This document shows, piece by piece, positions 37,549-45,508 of a stretch of DNA of 64,000 bases. Source of the stretch: Patescibacteria group bacterium (GTDB lineage Bacteria > Patescibacteriota > Minisyncoccia > Ryanbacterales > GWA2-47-10b). The stretch covers positions 72,815-136,814 of the forward strand of contig JBBTSE010000002.1 in assembly GCA_038064855.1 (NCBI GenBank), written 5' to 3'. A program made the translations under genes and the position numbers. The notes beneath the pieces were generated by a model. That model worked only from the letters and a program-made list of their open reading frames with translations. It had not been told where the DNA came from and searched no databases. How positions within the stretch are numbered: the stretch's first letter is position 1; each line of letters opens with the position of its first letter.

Positions 37549-38169
37549 ATGGACCGTCAGACTGGAAAGCTTATCTCACGTATCGCGGAGAATCTCCCCG
37601 ACATGTCGTCGGACATCATGCAGGGCTGGATTGAGAACCCGCGGGCACTTCAGAAGTTCCTCGCGAGCCTCAGCCCACCTGAGACATCACCCGAGTTCCA
37701 AACCTGGAAGACCATCAAGCTCGGCACGGGCCTTAAGACCGCGGACGATTTCCGTCGAGTACTCCGTGACAGCTGCCGCATCGGCGACGGGGCTTCGGAC
37801 ATTCTCGGCAAGCCCGCCTTCACGGTGTGCGACACCGAGATGGAGCTCGATCTCGTTCGCCCCTCGGTGGCCGAGCTCGGCTTCAAGGATGGCGCCACCT
37901 TCAAGGACATCTGCGAGCGGGGTCTCGAGTACGGACTCAAGCTCTGTCCCGCAGAAGTCGGCCCCCAGCTCCGTCTCCAGTACAGGGACCAGCCGTTGGG
38001 TGAGTGGCTCATCATCGCCATGAAGGCCATCCGCTACTCGGCCGGCGACCTCAGCGTGTTCAGCGTGGAACGCTATGACAACGGGCTGTGGCTCAGCGGC
38101 TACGATGGCAGCCCTGATTACTTTTGGTTCAGCCTCGACCGTTTCGTGTTCGTTCGTCCTCGCAAGTAG
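37549..38169 (+). CDS. DGR target (variable) protein; the C-terminal ~44 codons are the variable repeat
   Basis: GC-rich ORF with AAGGAG 9 nt upstream of ATG 37549 and no signal peptide. The last 134 bp pair with the TR, and the VR ends 2 codons before the stop. Confidence 0.8.
   Translation: MDRQTGKLISRIAENLPDMSSDIMQGWIENPRALQKFLASLSPPETSPEFQTWKTIKLGTGLKTADDFRRVLRDSCRIGDGASDILGKPAFTVCDTEMELDLVRPSVAELGFKDGATFKDICERGLEYGLKLCPAEVGPQLRLQYRDQPLGEWLIIAMKAIRYSAGDLSVFSVERYDNGLWLSGYDGSPDYFWFSLDRFVFVRPRK
38031..38163 (+). repeat. DGR variable repeat (VR)
   Basis: Aligns over ~133 bp to 38532-38664. All but one of ~18 mismatches fall where the other copy has A, so this copy is the variable one. Confidence 0.85.
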
Positions 38170-38256
38170 TCCTCGGCGCTGGGAGCCTTGGTCTCTGACC
38201 TTGGAGCCTTGGTCCTTGGAGAAAATCATCAACGTTGGGAGATAACGCTAAGCTCC

Positions 38257-38296
38257 AGCCCCATATCTATCGTAGATATGGGGCTCTATTTTTATG
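38257..38296 (+). terminator. Rho-independent terminator / hairpin downstream of VR
   Basis: AGCCCCATATCTA-tcg-TAGATATGGGGCT followed by CTATTTTTAT. Confidence 0.65.
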
Positions 38297-38531
38297 CTAA
38301 AATAATTCTTGGCAGTAGGTGAATATGCGAGAGACCAAGGTTTCTTGCTACCGAACCCAGTATCCTTGCGCCGAGTGTATCCACGACCATGGTTTTGGGT
38401 AGGGTGGTGCATGAGAACTCTCAAAAAATGAAGATACTTGGTATTGCGTGCTAGGGCATTGAAGATGTCGAATACGATACAGCCCCGAGAGTATTCAAGG
38501 GGCAGTGGCACAGATGGCGCGCTTTACGTCT

Positions 38532-38664
38532 CCGCAACTCGGCCGGCAACCTCAACGTGTTCAGCGTGGAACACAATGACAACGGGCTGTGGCTCAACAG
38601 CAACAATGGCAACCCTGACAACTTTTGGAACAGCAACAACCGTTTCGTGTTCGTTCGTCCTCGC
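38532..38664 (+). repeat. DGR template repeat (TR)
   Basis: Non-coding copy with a stop upstream and no start. It carries AAC at every VR-variable codon position and a 24-nt adenine-free 3' segment identical to the VR. Confidence 0.85.
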
Positions 38665-38672
38665 AACTCTCT

Positions 38673-39059
38673 TCATTTCTCCCTCGCCTTTGGTAGGGAG
38701 TTTTGCTTGCCCTGAGGTTGCTCAAGAGATTTTGTAAGCTGCCCGTTCCATCCTCCGAGCATCTTGCCGATTTCATCTATTTTTACCGAAAGCGCGGTGT
38801 ATTTTTTGTTATCAAGAGATTTCGTTTCCCACAAAATCATAAGCAGTATCTTGAGCGTATCTGTTTTGCGTATCGCAAGACGAACATAGGGTCTTTTTTC
38901 CTCTCGTGCAAGGAAGCTTGCACTTGCAATCGCTTCGATACTTTCTACAAAGAGATTATCGATCCTTTGGCCAAGAGAATGTCGGTGAAGTTTTGGTAAC
39001 GCTTGGTAGTATTGATACCACAGCAAATATGTATTTTTTAGCTTCTGTAAAATTGGCAA
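38673..39059 (-). CDS. avd: Avd-like accessory variability determinant (four-helix-bundle / 23S rRNA IVS protein family)
   Basis: LPKLHRHSLGQRID...EAIA...EKRPYVRLAIRKTDTLKILLMILWE...KIDEIGKMLGGW matches the four-helix-bundle family and bAvd-like C-terminal (E)IG(K/R)xLGxW. TTG start. Opposite strand to TR and RT. Confidence 0.7.
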   Translation of the reverse strand: MPILQKLKNTYLLWYQYYQALPKLHRHSLGQRIDNLFVESIEAIASASFLAREEKRPYVRLAIRKTDTLKILLMILWETKSLDNKKYTALSVKIDEIGKMLGGWNGQLTKSLEQPQGKQNSLPKAREK

Positions 39060-39096
39060 AACCCGTTGGGGGGGGGCTTACCTGGTTAGTATTTTT

Positions 39097-40101
39097 ATGA
39101 AAAGGCAGTTCACTCATACCTATAATGATATCATCTCTCTCGAAAATCTTCTTGAGGCGTGGAGGGAGTTTATCAATGGAAAACGCGGGCGCATTGATGT
39201 CCAGTTGTTTGAGCGCGATTTAATGAAAAACATTATCGCGCTTCATATAGATCTTGTAGGTAAGACTTACAAACATTCATCTTACTACGCATTTAACATC
39301 TCAGATCCCAAACCAAGAAATATACACAAAGCGAGTGTCCGAGATAGATTACTGCATCATGCGTTATACAGAAAACTATACCCATTTTTCGATAGGACTT
39401 TTATAGACGATTCATATTCGTGCAGACTGGGTAAGGGAACGCACAAAGCGATGAATAGATTCCGCTCTTTTGCGCAAAAAACATCAAAAAATTATACCAA
39501 AACAGTTTGGGTTCTGAAGTGTGATATACGGAAGTTCTTTGCCTCAATAGATCAAGAGGCTCTCATTAAGGTTATCGAGAGTTATGTGCCAGACAAAGAT
39601 ATTATTTTGCTTATCTCCGAAGTTGTTGGTAGCTTTCACTCAACGCAAACTGGTGTCGGGCTGCCTCTTGGTAATCTCACAAGCCAGCTTCTCGTAAATA
39701 TTTATATGAACGAGTTTGACCAGTTTATGAAACATAAGCTTAAAGCAAAATATTATATTCGCTACGCCGATGATTTTGTTATTTTTTCTCAAGACAAAAA
39801 ATTGCTTGAAAGTATGATGTTACAAATTCAAAGTTTTCTTTGGGAGCGGCTACGATTGCAACTCCACCCCGATAAGGTATCGATACGCACGGTGGCCTCC
39901 GGCGTTGATTTTCTTGGGTGGGTGTATTTTCCAGATCATCGAGTGTTACGAACGGTTACAAAAAAGAGGATGTTTCGCAACATTGGTATAAGCCAAGGCA
40001 AAAAAGAAACGGTACAGTCGTATCTAGGAACGATACGTCATGGCAATAGCCAGAAGCTTAAAGGCAAAATTGAAGGTTTGATAAATAAAATTTCAGTATA
40101 A
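39097..40101 (+). CDS. DGR reverse transcriptase
   Basis: RT motifs: LLEAWREF N-terminus, GLPLGNLTSQLLVNIYMNEFD (LGxxxSQ, DGR hallmark) and YIRYADDFVIF (YxDD). Confidence 0.88.
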   Translation: MKRQFTHTYNDIISLENLLEAWREFINGKRGRIDVQLFERDLMKNIIALHIDLVGKTYKHSSYYAFNISDPKPRNIHKASVRDRLLHHALYRKLYPFFDRTFIDDSYSCRLGKGTHKAMNRFRSFAQKTSKNYTKTVWVLKCDIRKFFASIDQEALIKVIESYVPDKDIILLISEVVGSFHSTQTGVGLPLGNLTSQLLVNIYMNEFDQFMKHKLKAKYYIRYADDFVIFSQDKKLLESMMLQIQSFLWERLRLQLHPDKVSIRTVASGVDFLGWVYFPDHRVLRTVTKKRMFRNIGISQGKKETVQSYLGTIRHGNSQKLKGKIEGLINKISV

Positions 40102-40368
40102 AAAAGTTTGGGCCTGCACGCGTGATGCGGGCAGGCCATTGTGCGAGAGAGAATTGTGGAAGGTGCGGTGAGCAGGGGAACTGCAGGGAAGGGGGAGGTG
40201 TGTAGGTGACGCATGGGCGTCAGTGCCGGTGGTGGCCATTACGCTGACCTCGCTCTTCTCTGAATTTCGATGCTCTTAGGATCTGCCTTAAGTATAGAGT
40301 GTAAAAAGTTTTTATGATACCGTTCTCTGTGGAAAACTTTTTCCTGCGCTATACTATCCATATACGCT

Positions 40369-42096
40369 ATGAACAATAAGGATATTTCAGATACACTGTT
40401 TGCTATCGCCGAGTATTTTACGATATTTAATGAGCCGTTTAAGGCGCGCGCGTATGAAAAAGTGGCAGAGACGCTTTCAAGCTTCGAGAGTGATATTCGC
40501 GAACTTTATAAAAATGGCGGATGCAAAGCGCTCGAAGAAATCCCAGGTATCGGCAAGGGAATTGCACAAACAATTGAAGAATATATCAAGACTAGTCGTG
40601 TGCGCGAGCTCGACGCTATGCGCAAAAAAATGCCGGTCAATATGGAAGAGCTGCGCAGTATTGAAGGTATCGGCCCCAAGGCAATAAAAACACTTTATGA
40701 GAAATTAAAAGTAAAAGATGTAGCAAGCTTAAAGAAGGCAGCGCTCGCAGGCAAGATTAGTAAGCTTGAAAAGTTTGGCCTCAAGTCTGAACAAAAGATT
40801 TTAAAAGGCATCGAGTTTTTTGAATCATCACATGGGAGGTTTTTGTTGGGCGAGGCGTTGCCTATCGCACGACGTATCGCGGGTGACTTACGCAAAGTGA
40901 AGGGCGTATCGCGCGTGGAGATTGCGGGATCGATCAGGCGATGGCGCGAGACATCAGGTGATATTGATATCTTGGTAGAGGCGACAAATGCTGACGCGGT
41001 GATGAGCATGTTTGTATCGCGCGAAGATATTGCGCATGTCATCGCACACGGCGAGACAAAAAGTTCAGCGCGCATAAAGGACGGTATTGATGTCGATGTG
41101 CGTGTACTACCCAAAAAATCTTTTGGTGCGGCACTTATTTATTTTACGGGTTCGAAAGATCATAATGTTTTGCTTAGGTCCTTGGCGCTGAAGAAAAAAT
41201 TGAAACTCAACGAATACGGTTTATATCGTGGTACGAAAATAATCGCGGGAGCTACAGAAGAGGAAGTATACAAAGCGCTCGGTGTCTTTATGCCACCACC
41301 CGAACTACGCGAAGGAAAAGATGAGCTCGAAAAAAAATACGGCGGGGTTGTAGATTTTACAGATTTGTGCGGAGATTTTCAAACACAGACTGATTGGACC
41401 GATGGTGCCGATTCTTTAGAGGCGATGGTGCGAGAAGCAAAACGATTGGGTCATGAATACATCGCGATCACGGATCACACCAAGAGTCTCGCGATGACGG
41501 GCGGATCTGATGAAAAAAAATTGCGTAAACAAATACGAGAGATTGGCACGCTCAATAAAAAAATTTCCGGCATCACGATATTGAGTGGTGCAGAGGTAAA
41601 TATTATGCGCGATGGCACGCTTGATATTTCTGACGAAGTTTTATCAGAGCTTGATATCGTGGGTGCTGCTGTTCACTCGCATTTTAATTTGTCAGCAGAG
41701 GAGCAGACCGAGCGCATCATGCGTGCGATGTCCAGCCCGCATGTCGATATTCTTTTTCATCCGACGGGACGCGTTCTCAAAAAAAGAGATCCATATGCAA
41801 TTGATATTGATCGCATCATCGCGCATGCAGTCTCAACTGGCACGGTACTCGAGATTGATGCACATCCGTGGCGACTTGATTTGAAAGATGATCATATTAA
41901 ACGCGCGGTAGATGCGGGCGCGATGTTTAGTATTGATACGGACGCACACTCTCTTGCAGAACTCTCATATTTGGAGTATGGTATAGGACAAGCGCGACGC
42001 GCGGGTCTTCCCAAAAATCGTGTTCTCAATACGCTTGCATTGCCAGCGTTACAAAAATTTTTGGCGACCCCAAAACAAAAGCGTCATCTCTTATGA
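40369..42096 (+). CDS. DNA polymerase X family with C-terminal PHP domain
   Basis: N-terminal Pol-beta-like HhH/fingers (IPGIGKGIAQTIEE) and C-terminal PHP (ITDHT...). 575 aa. Confidence 0.88.
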   Translation: MNNKDISDTLFAIAEYFTIFNEPFKARAYEKVAETLSSFESDIRELYKNGGCKALEEIPGIGKGIAQTIEEYIKTSRVRELDAMRKKMPVNMEELRSIEGIGPKAIKTLYEKLKVKDVASLKKAALAGKISKLEKFGLKSEQKILKGIEFFESSHGRFLLGEALPIARRIAGDLRKVKGVSRVEIAGSIRRWRETSGDIDILVEATNADAVMSMFVSREDIAHVIAHGETKSSARIKDGIDVDVRVLPKKSFGAALIYFTGSKDHNVLLRSLALKKKLKLNEYGLYRGTKIIAGATEEEVYKALGVFMPPPELREGKDELEKKYGGVVDFTDLCGDFQTQTDWTDGADSLEAMVREAKRLGHEYIAITDHTKSLAMTGGSDEKKLRKQIREIGTLNKKISGITILSGAEVNIMRDGTLDISDEVLSELDIVGAAVHSHFNLSAEEQTERIMRAMSSPHVDILFHPTGRVLKKRDPYAIDIDRIIAHAVSTGTVLEIDAHPWRLDLKDDHIKRAVDAGAMFSIDTDAHSLAELSYLEYGIGQARRAGLPKNRVLNTLALPALQKFLATPKQKRHLL

Positions 42097-42569
42097 CTGA
42101 AAAAAAAATAATAGTAGAGCGATCTGCGGGAGCTATCATATTCCGGCGGCAGGGTGGGCGCGTTTGGTATGTGCTTCTTCAGTATGCGACGCGCAATCAT
42201 TGGACCTTTCCGCGCGGGCGACTCGAAGAAGGTGAGCGACCCATTGATGCGGCGCGCCGAGAGATCGAAGAGGAGACAGGCATCTCGCGTGTAAAATTTA
42301 TCCCCGGATACAAAGAAACGATTCACTTTCACTACCAGTGGCCACCCAAAACCGAAGGGGCCGAGCAACGGCTCAAGTTTATCACCTTCTATTTGGGTGA
42401 AGTATTTGGCCGCACTATCAAAATATCGGAAGAGCACAAGAGCTTTGTGTGGGCGCCGTTTGAAAAAGCTATGAAAATCATCAAACATAAGAATAGCAGG
42501 GAGCTGCTCAAGAAAGCTCATATGAAAATTATTCGCATGGACGTAAAAAAGCCACCTTTGGTATCATAA
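42093..42569 (+). CDS. NUDIX hydrolase
   Basis: Nudix box GRLEEGERPIDAARREIEEETGI. Confidence 0.85.
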   Translation: MTEKKIIVERSAGAIIFRRQGGRVWYVLLQYATRNHWTFPRGRLEEGERPIDAARREIEEETGISRVKFIPGYKETIHFHYQWPPKTEGAEQRLKFITFYLGEVFGRTIKISEEHKSFVWAPFEKAMKIIKHKNSRELLKKAHMKIIRMDVKKPPLVS

Positions 42570-42573
42570 AACT

Positions 42574-43308
42574 ATGCTTCTCTCTATCCTTGTAGCCAGT
42601 ATTCTTGAGTCTTTAGTGTCATTTCTGGCTGGCGTAGCCGTTATTTATAACGAAAAGCGCATGAAGAGTCTTGTGCATGGCGTCATCAGTCTTGCGGTTG
42701 GTGTGATGCTCGGTACGGTCTTTTTCGATATTTTACCCGAGACATTTGAGCTCATAGAGCCGAAAGCGGCGTTACCGTGGGTACTCGGGGGTTTTCTGGT
42801 CTTTTTTGTGCTCGAAAAAATTCTTTTTTGGTATCATCGCCATGAAAATGAAGAGAGTATTCATGCATCGGCTTATCTTGTACTGTGGGGCGATGCCTTG
42901 CATAACTTTATTGATGGCGTATTTATAGCTTTTGCGTTTGCAGCGGGGTTTCCTACGGGTGTTATCGCCTCGTTTGCGGTTATTTTGCACGAGATCCCAC
43001 AAGAAGCGAGTGATTTTACCGTTATGCTCCATGGGGGATTCACCAAGCAAAAGGCACTCTTTTGGAATACATTTGTCTCGATAACTACGGTTGTCGGTGC
43101 ACTCGTGGGCTACTATGTGGCTCTTTCTCACGAATGGATTGGTTTTTTGCTCGCTGTTGTTGCGGGCAACTTTCTATATATAGCGGCCGCCGACCTCATA
43201 CCCGAGCTTCATCATAAGCACGATTCGCGCTCGTCGGTCGCCCAAGTACTCTTGGTGTTTGTAGGGGTGTTCGTTATAGTCTTTGCTCTTACGGTAATTC
43301 CTGAATAA
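42574..43308 (+). CDS. ZIP-family divalent metal transporter (ZupT-like)
   Basis: HNFIDG and HEIPQEASDF motifs and 8 TM segments. Confidence 0.85.
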   Translation: MLLSILVASILESLVSFLAGVAVIYNEKRMKSLVHGVISLAVGVMLGTVFFDILPETFELIEPKAALPWVLGGFLVFFVLEKILFWYHRHENEESIHASAYLVLWGDALHNFIDGVFIAFAFAAGFPTGVIASFAVILHEIPQEASDFTVMLHGGFTKQKALFWNTFVSITTVVGALVGYYVALSHEWIGFLLAVVAGNFLYIAAADLIPELHHKHDSRSSVAQVLLVFVGVFVIVFALTVIPE

Positions 43309-43364
43309 TATATTTTAAACAAAAAATCCCCGTACGGGGATTTTTTGTTTGGTTTACCTTCAGT

Positions 43365-43709
43365 TTACTTTGCCTCCGCGAGGATTTTCTCAAATGCTTT
43401 GGGGTGATGCTCGGCGAGTGTCGAGAGGATCTTGCGATCGATCTTGATGTCAGCCTTTATGAGCGCTCCCATGAGTTTGCTATAAGAGGTGCCGGAAAGC
43501 TTCGCCGCAGCGCTAATCTTTACATTCCAACCTTTGCGCATGACGCGCTTTTTCTTGCGTCTGTCTTGGAATGAGTGGGTGTAGGCATGTAAGAGCGCCT
43601 CTTTGGCGGCGCGCTCTTTTTTACTCCGCTGCCAGCGGAATCCTTTGGTTTGTTTGAGGACGGATCGGCGTCGCTTGAGAGCGCCAACGCCTCGTTTTAC
43701 GCGTGTCAT
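43365..43709 (-). CDS. rplT: 50S ribosomal protein L20
   Basis: MTRVKRGVGALKRRRSVLKQTKGFRWQRSK is the L20 N-terminus. Confidence 0.93.
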   Translation of the reverse strand: MTRVKRGVGALKRRRSVLKQTKGFRWQRSKKERAAKEALLHAYTHSFQDRRKKKRVMRKGWNVKISAAAKLSGTSYSKLMGALIKADIKIDRKILSTLAEHHPKAFEKILAEAK

Positions 43710-43718
43710 GGTAGTGGT

Positions 43719-43907
43719 TTAGGTGTTTGGGAGATAACGATTTTTGATAATTTTACCAAAAGAAAACTCTTTTGTTTTTTTGTTTGCCATTTGCCGTGAA
43801 CGGCTCTTTTTAGCGCTAAAGTGGTTTTGATGCGGTCGGCGCTTGAGCACCTTCCCGTTTTTGGTCACTCGCACTCGCCGCAATACTGCTTTGTTTGTTT
43901 TTGCCAT
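43719..43907 (-). CDS. rpmI: 50S ribosomal protein L35 (with C-terminal extension)
   Basis: MAKTNKAVLRRVRVTKNGKVLKRRP is the L35 pattern. Confidence 0.85.
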   Translation of the reverse strand: MAKTNKAVLRRVRVTKNGKVLKRRPHQNHFSAKKSRSRQMANKKTKEFSFGKIIKNRYLPNT

Positions 43908-44418
43908 GATGTTCGGGTTCTATAGTCATAAGGAGTCCACGGGGACCTTTTTTGGGCTGTTCTGCAATCTTGTGGGGGACCGTAATCGCCTCAAGAAGCT
44001 TGGTGAGCCTGTCGTGGACAAAATTTTTATCAATATATTTTTCTCGGCCTCGTAAGGTGAGCTGTATTTGAAGGCGGTGACCCGCTTTCAAAAACTTTTC
44101 TGCTTGTTTGGCTTTCATGACGAGGTCATGCGAACCGGTGCCGAGGCGCACGCGGATGCCTTTTATCTCAACTTCGTGCGACTTCTTTTTTGTTTTACGA
44201 GCCTCTTTTTCCTGCTGGTACTGGTATTTGCCCCAATCCATAATGCGTGCCACCGGCGGCTTTGCCGTAGGTGAAATCTCGATAAGGTCGAGGCCTGCCT
44301 CATGTGCAAGTGCGAGTGCCTCGTCTCTCGATTTGATGCCGACATTATCACCTGTAGCGCCGATGACTCGGAGCTCAGGGGCGGAAATCGCTTGATTGAT
44401 GCGTATTCGTGGTACCAA
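43816..44418 (-). CDS. infC: Translation initiation factor IF-3 (ORF carries a ~30-aa C-terminal extension overlapping rpmI by ~92 nt)
   Basis: RVIGATGDNVGIKSRDEALALAHEAGLDLIEISPTAKPPVARIMD...IKGIRVRLGTGSHDL is the IF3 N and C domains. Confidence 0.88.
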   Translation of the reverse strand: MVPRIRINQAISAPELRVIGATGDNVGIKSRDEALALAHEAGLDLIEISPTAKPPVARIMDWGKYQYQQEKEARKTKKKSHEVEIKGIRVRLGTGSHDLVMKAKQAEKFLKAGHRLQIQLTLRGREKYIDKNFVHDRLTKLLEAITVPHKIAEQPKKGPRGLLMTIEPEHHGKNKQSSIAASASDQKREGAQAPTASKPL

Positions 44419-44492
44419 TGTTCCTATAGTGTAAGGATATTCAGCTCGAAAGTCAAGAGTAGAGACCGGCTATCAACAGGCCCAGTTGGCAT

Positions 44493-44681
44493 GTGATTGT
44501 TTGCCTATTACTATTAGAAGATATGGATAGTATGATTCGCGACAGGTGGTTTTTCTGGGCTGTCTCGCTCATCGTTATCGTCGGGTTTAGTTTGTGGGGG
44601 TACATTCAGTACACCATTCTCGAGATTGATAATGAAATGAGTGAGGTGGCATTTGCCGAGGTCTCGCGCCCAAACCGCTAA
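44493..44681 (+). CDS. Small anchored protein with RDRWFFWAVS N-terminal motif
   Basis: MIRDRWFFWAVSLIVIVGFSLW has the same RWFFWAV motif as the genes at 24475 and 24972. Confidence 0.4.
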   Translation: MIVCLLLLEDMDSMIRDRWFFWAVSLIVIVGFSLWGYIQYTILEIDNEMSEVAFAEVSRPNR

Positions 44682-44689
44682 CTGAATAT

Positions 44690-44727
44690 AAAGAAAAGAG
44701 CGCCGCCGAATGAGTTCGGCGGCGCTT
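44690..44727 (-). terminator. Rho-independent terminator for the minus-strand gene 44736..45032
   Basis: AGCGCCGCCGAA-tgag-TTCGGCGGCGCT with a T-tract on the minus strand (AAAGAAAAG on plus). Confidence 0.55.
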
Positions 44728-44735
44728 TACGGCGT

Positions 44736-45032
44736 CTAGGCCGCAAGTAGTCTCTCGACGGCAGGAGCCACATAGTCCCACGGGATGTCAGTGCGCTTGT
44801 AGACGATCACCATGAACTGGTGGACTTCGATGGCGCCTACGCCATCAATCTCGAGGATCGAGGCGAGGAACTTTGCCCAGCGCTCTCCCGTGAATCGTGC
44901 GACGAGCGTGGAGTCGACCTTGCCGTTGTCACTGGAAAAGAGCATGCAGGGGCTTGCGGTGACGGGGATCCGCGCGGTTGTTGGAAATTCCCGATGGTCA
45001 TAGTTGCATTCATGTTCGAGATCCATGAGCAC
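44736..45032 (-). CDS. Hypothetical protein (GC-rich)
   Basis: 98-aa ORF with a downstream terminator and no family match. Confidence 0.4.
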   Translation of the reverse strand: MLMDLEHECNYDHREFPTTARIPVTASPCMLFSSDNGKVDSTLVARFTGERWAKFLASILEIDGVGAIEVHQFMVIVYKRTDIPWDYVAPAVERLLAA

Positions 45033-45165
45033 CTCCGTAGCGTGTTTATATCTTTATAGCGCTCTAGGGGACAGTTTTCAAGACGATACTTGCGCTTTCT
45101 AGTCGTGGATGCTTTTGTAGTACATAGAGATTCAGCAACCACGCACGGTGCGTGTGGGAGGAATC

Positions 45166-45471
45166 ATGAACCTACCGGAAGGATATATCAGTATCAAGAC
45201 ATTGCTCGATGCGATCGCGCACCACGAGCAGAAAGCGTATGAAGCTCGTCCTATACCTGGTGACGGGGAGCCCCCGACTTTCGTATGTAGGAATTGCAAT
45301 GAGCCCGTGCGTCATGTGTCGTGATCGTTCCGCGTGCATGGCGATCGTCGCGTTGGATTTGTGTTGTTCAGGCGTCTCGAGCACTACGGTTACTACAAGG
45401 TGGTGCACATTCCGTACTGCCCTGCATGTGAAAGTGTGCCTACCGCCGCCGAGCTCGAGCTCCATGAGTAA
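45166..45471 (+). pseudogene. Zinc-ribbon-like small protein gene interrupted by an in-frame TGA (CxxC ... TGA ... CxxC)
   Basis: TFVCRNCNEPVRHVS-TGA-SFRVHGD...YKVVHIPYCPACESVP in one frame, and a strong terminator immediately after TAA at 45469. Confidence 0.35.
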
Positions 45472-45508
45472 AGCCGATCTACCATCAGATAGATCGGCTT
45501 TTTCTTTT
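45471..45508 (+). terminator. Rho-independent terminator
   Basis: AAGCCGATCTA-ccatcaga-TAGATCGGCTT followed by TTTTCTTTT. Confidence 0.65.

Larger units (their letters stand above)
37421..40140 (+). mobile_element. Diversity-generating retroelement (DGR) cassette: target(VR) - TR - avd(opposite strand) - RT
   Basis: VR/TR pair with adenine-specific mismatches, an Avd-like four-helix-bundle gene and a DGR-type RT (see component features). Confidence 0.85.

Noticed and set aside
37631-38232. ORFs 37631..38023(+), 37650..38030(-) and 37687..38232(-) over the DGR target gene
   Set aside because: They are alternate-frame or antisense ORFs with low-complexity Ser/Arg/Ala composition caused by the high GC of the target gene. 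The frame with the RBS and the VR is the real one.
38438-38737. ORF 38438..38737(+) covering the TR, proposed as a coding sequence
   Set aside because: It is in the wrong frame relative to the VR homology. In the VR-equivalent frame the copy is preceded by a stop at 38452 and has no start codon. It is interpreted as the non-coding template repeat, not a gene or an ordinary paralogue.
45172-45465. ORF 45172..45465(-), 97 aa
   Set aside because: The plus strand carries a zinc-ribbon-like frame with paired CxxC motifs and ends exactly at a plus-oriented rho-independent terminator. The minus-strand ORF has no features and would start inside that terminator.
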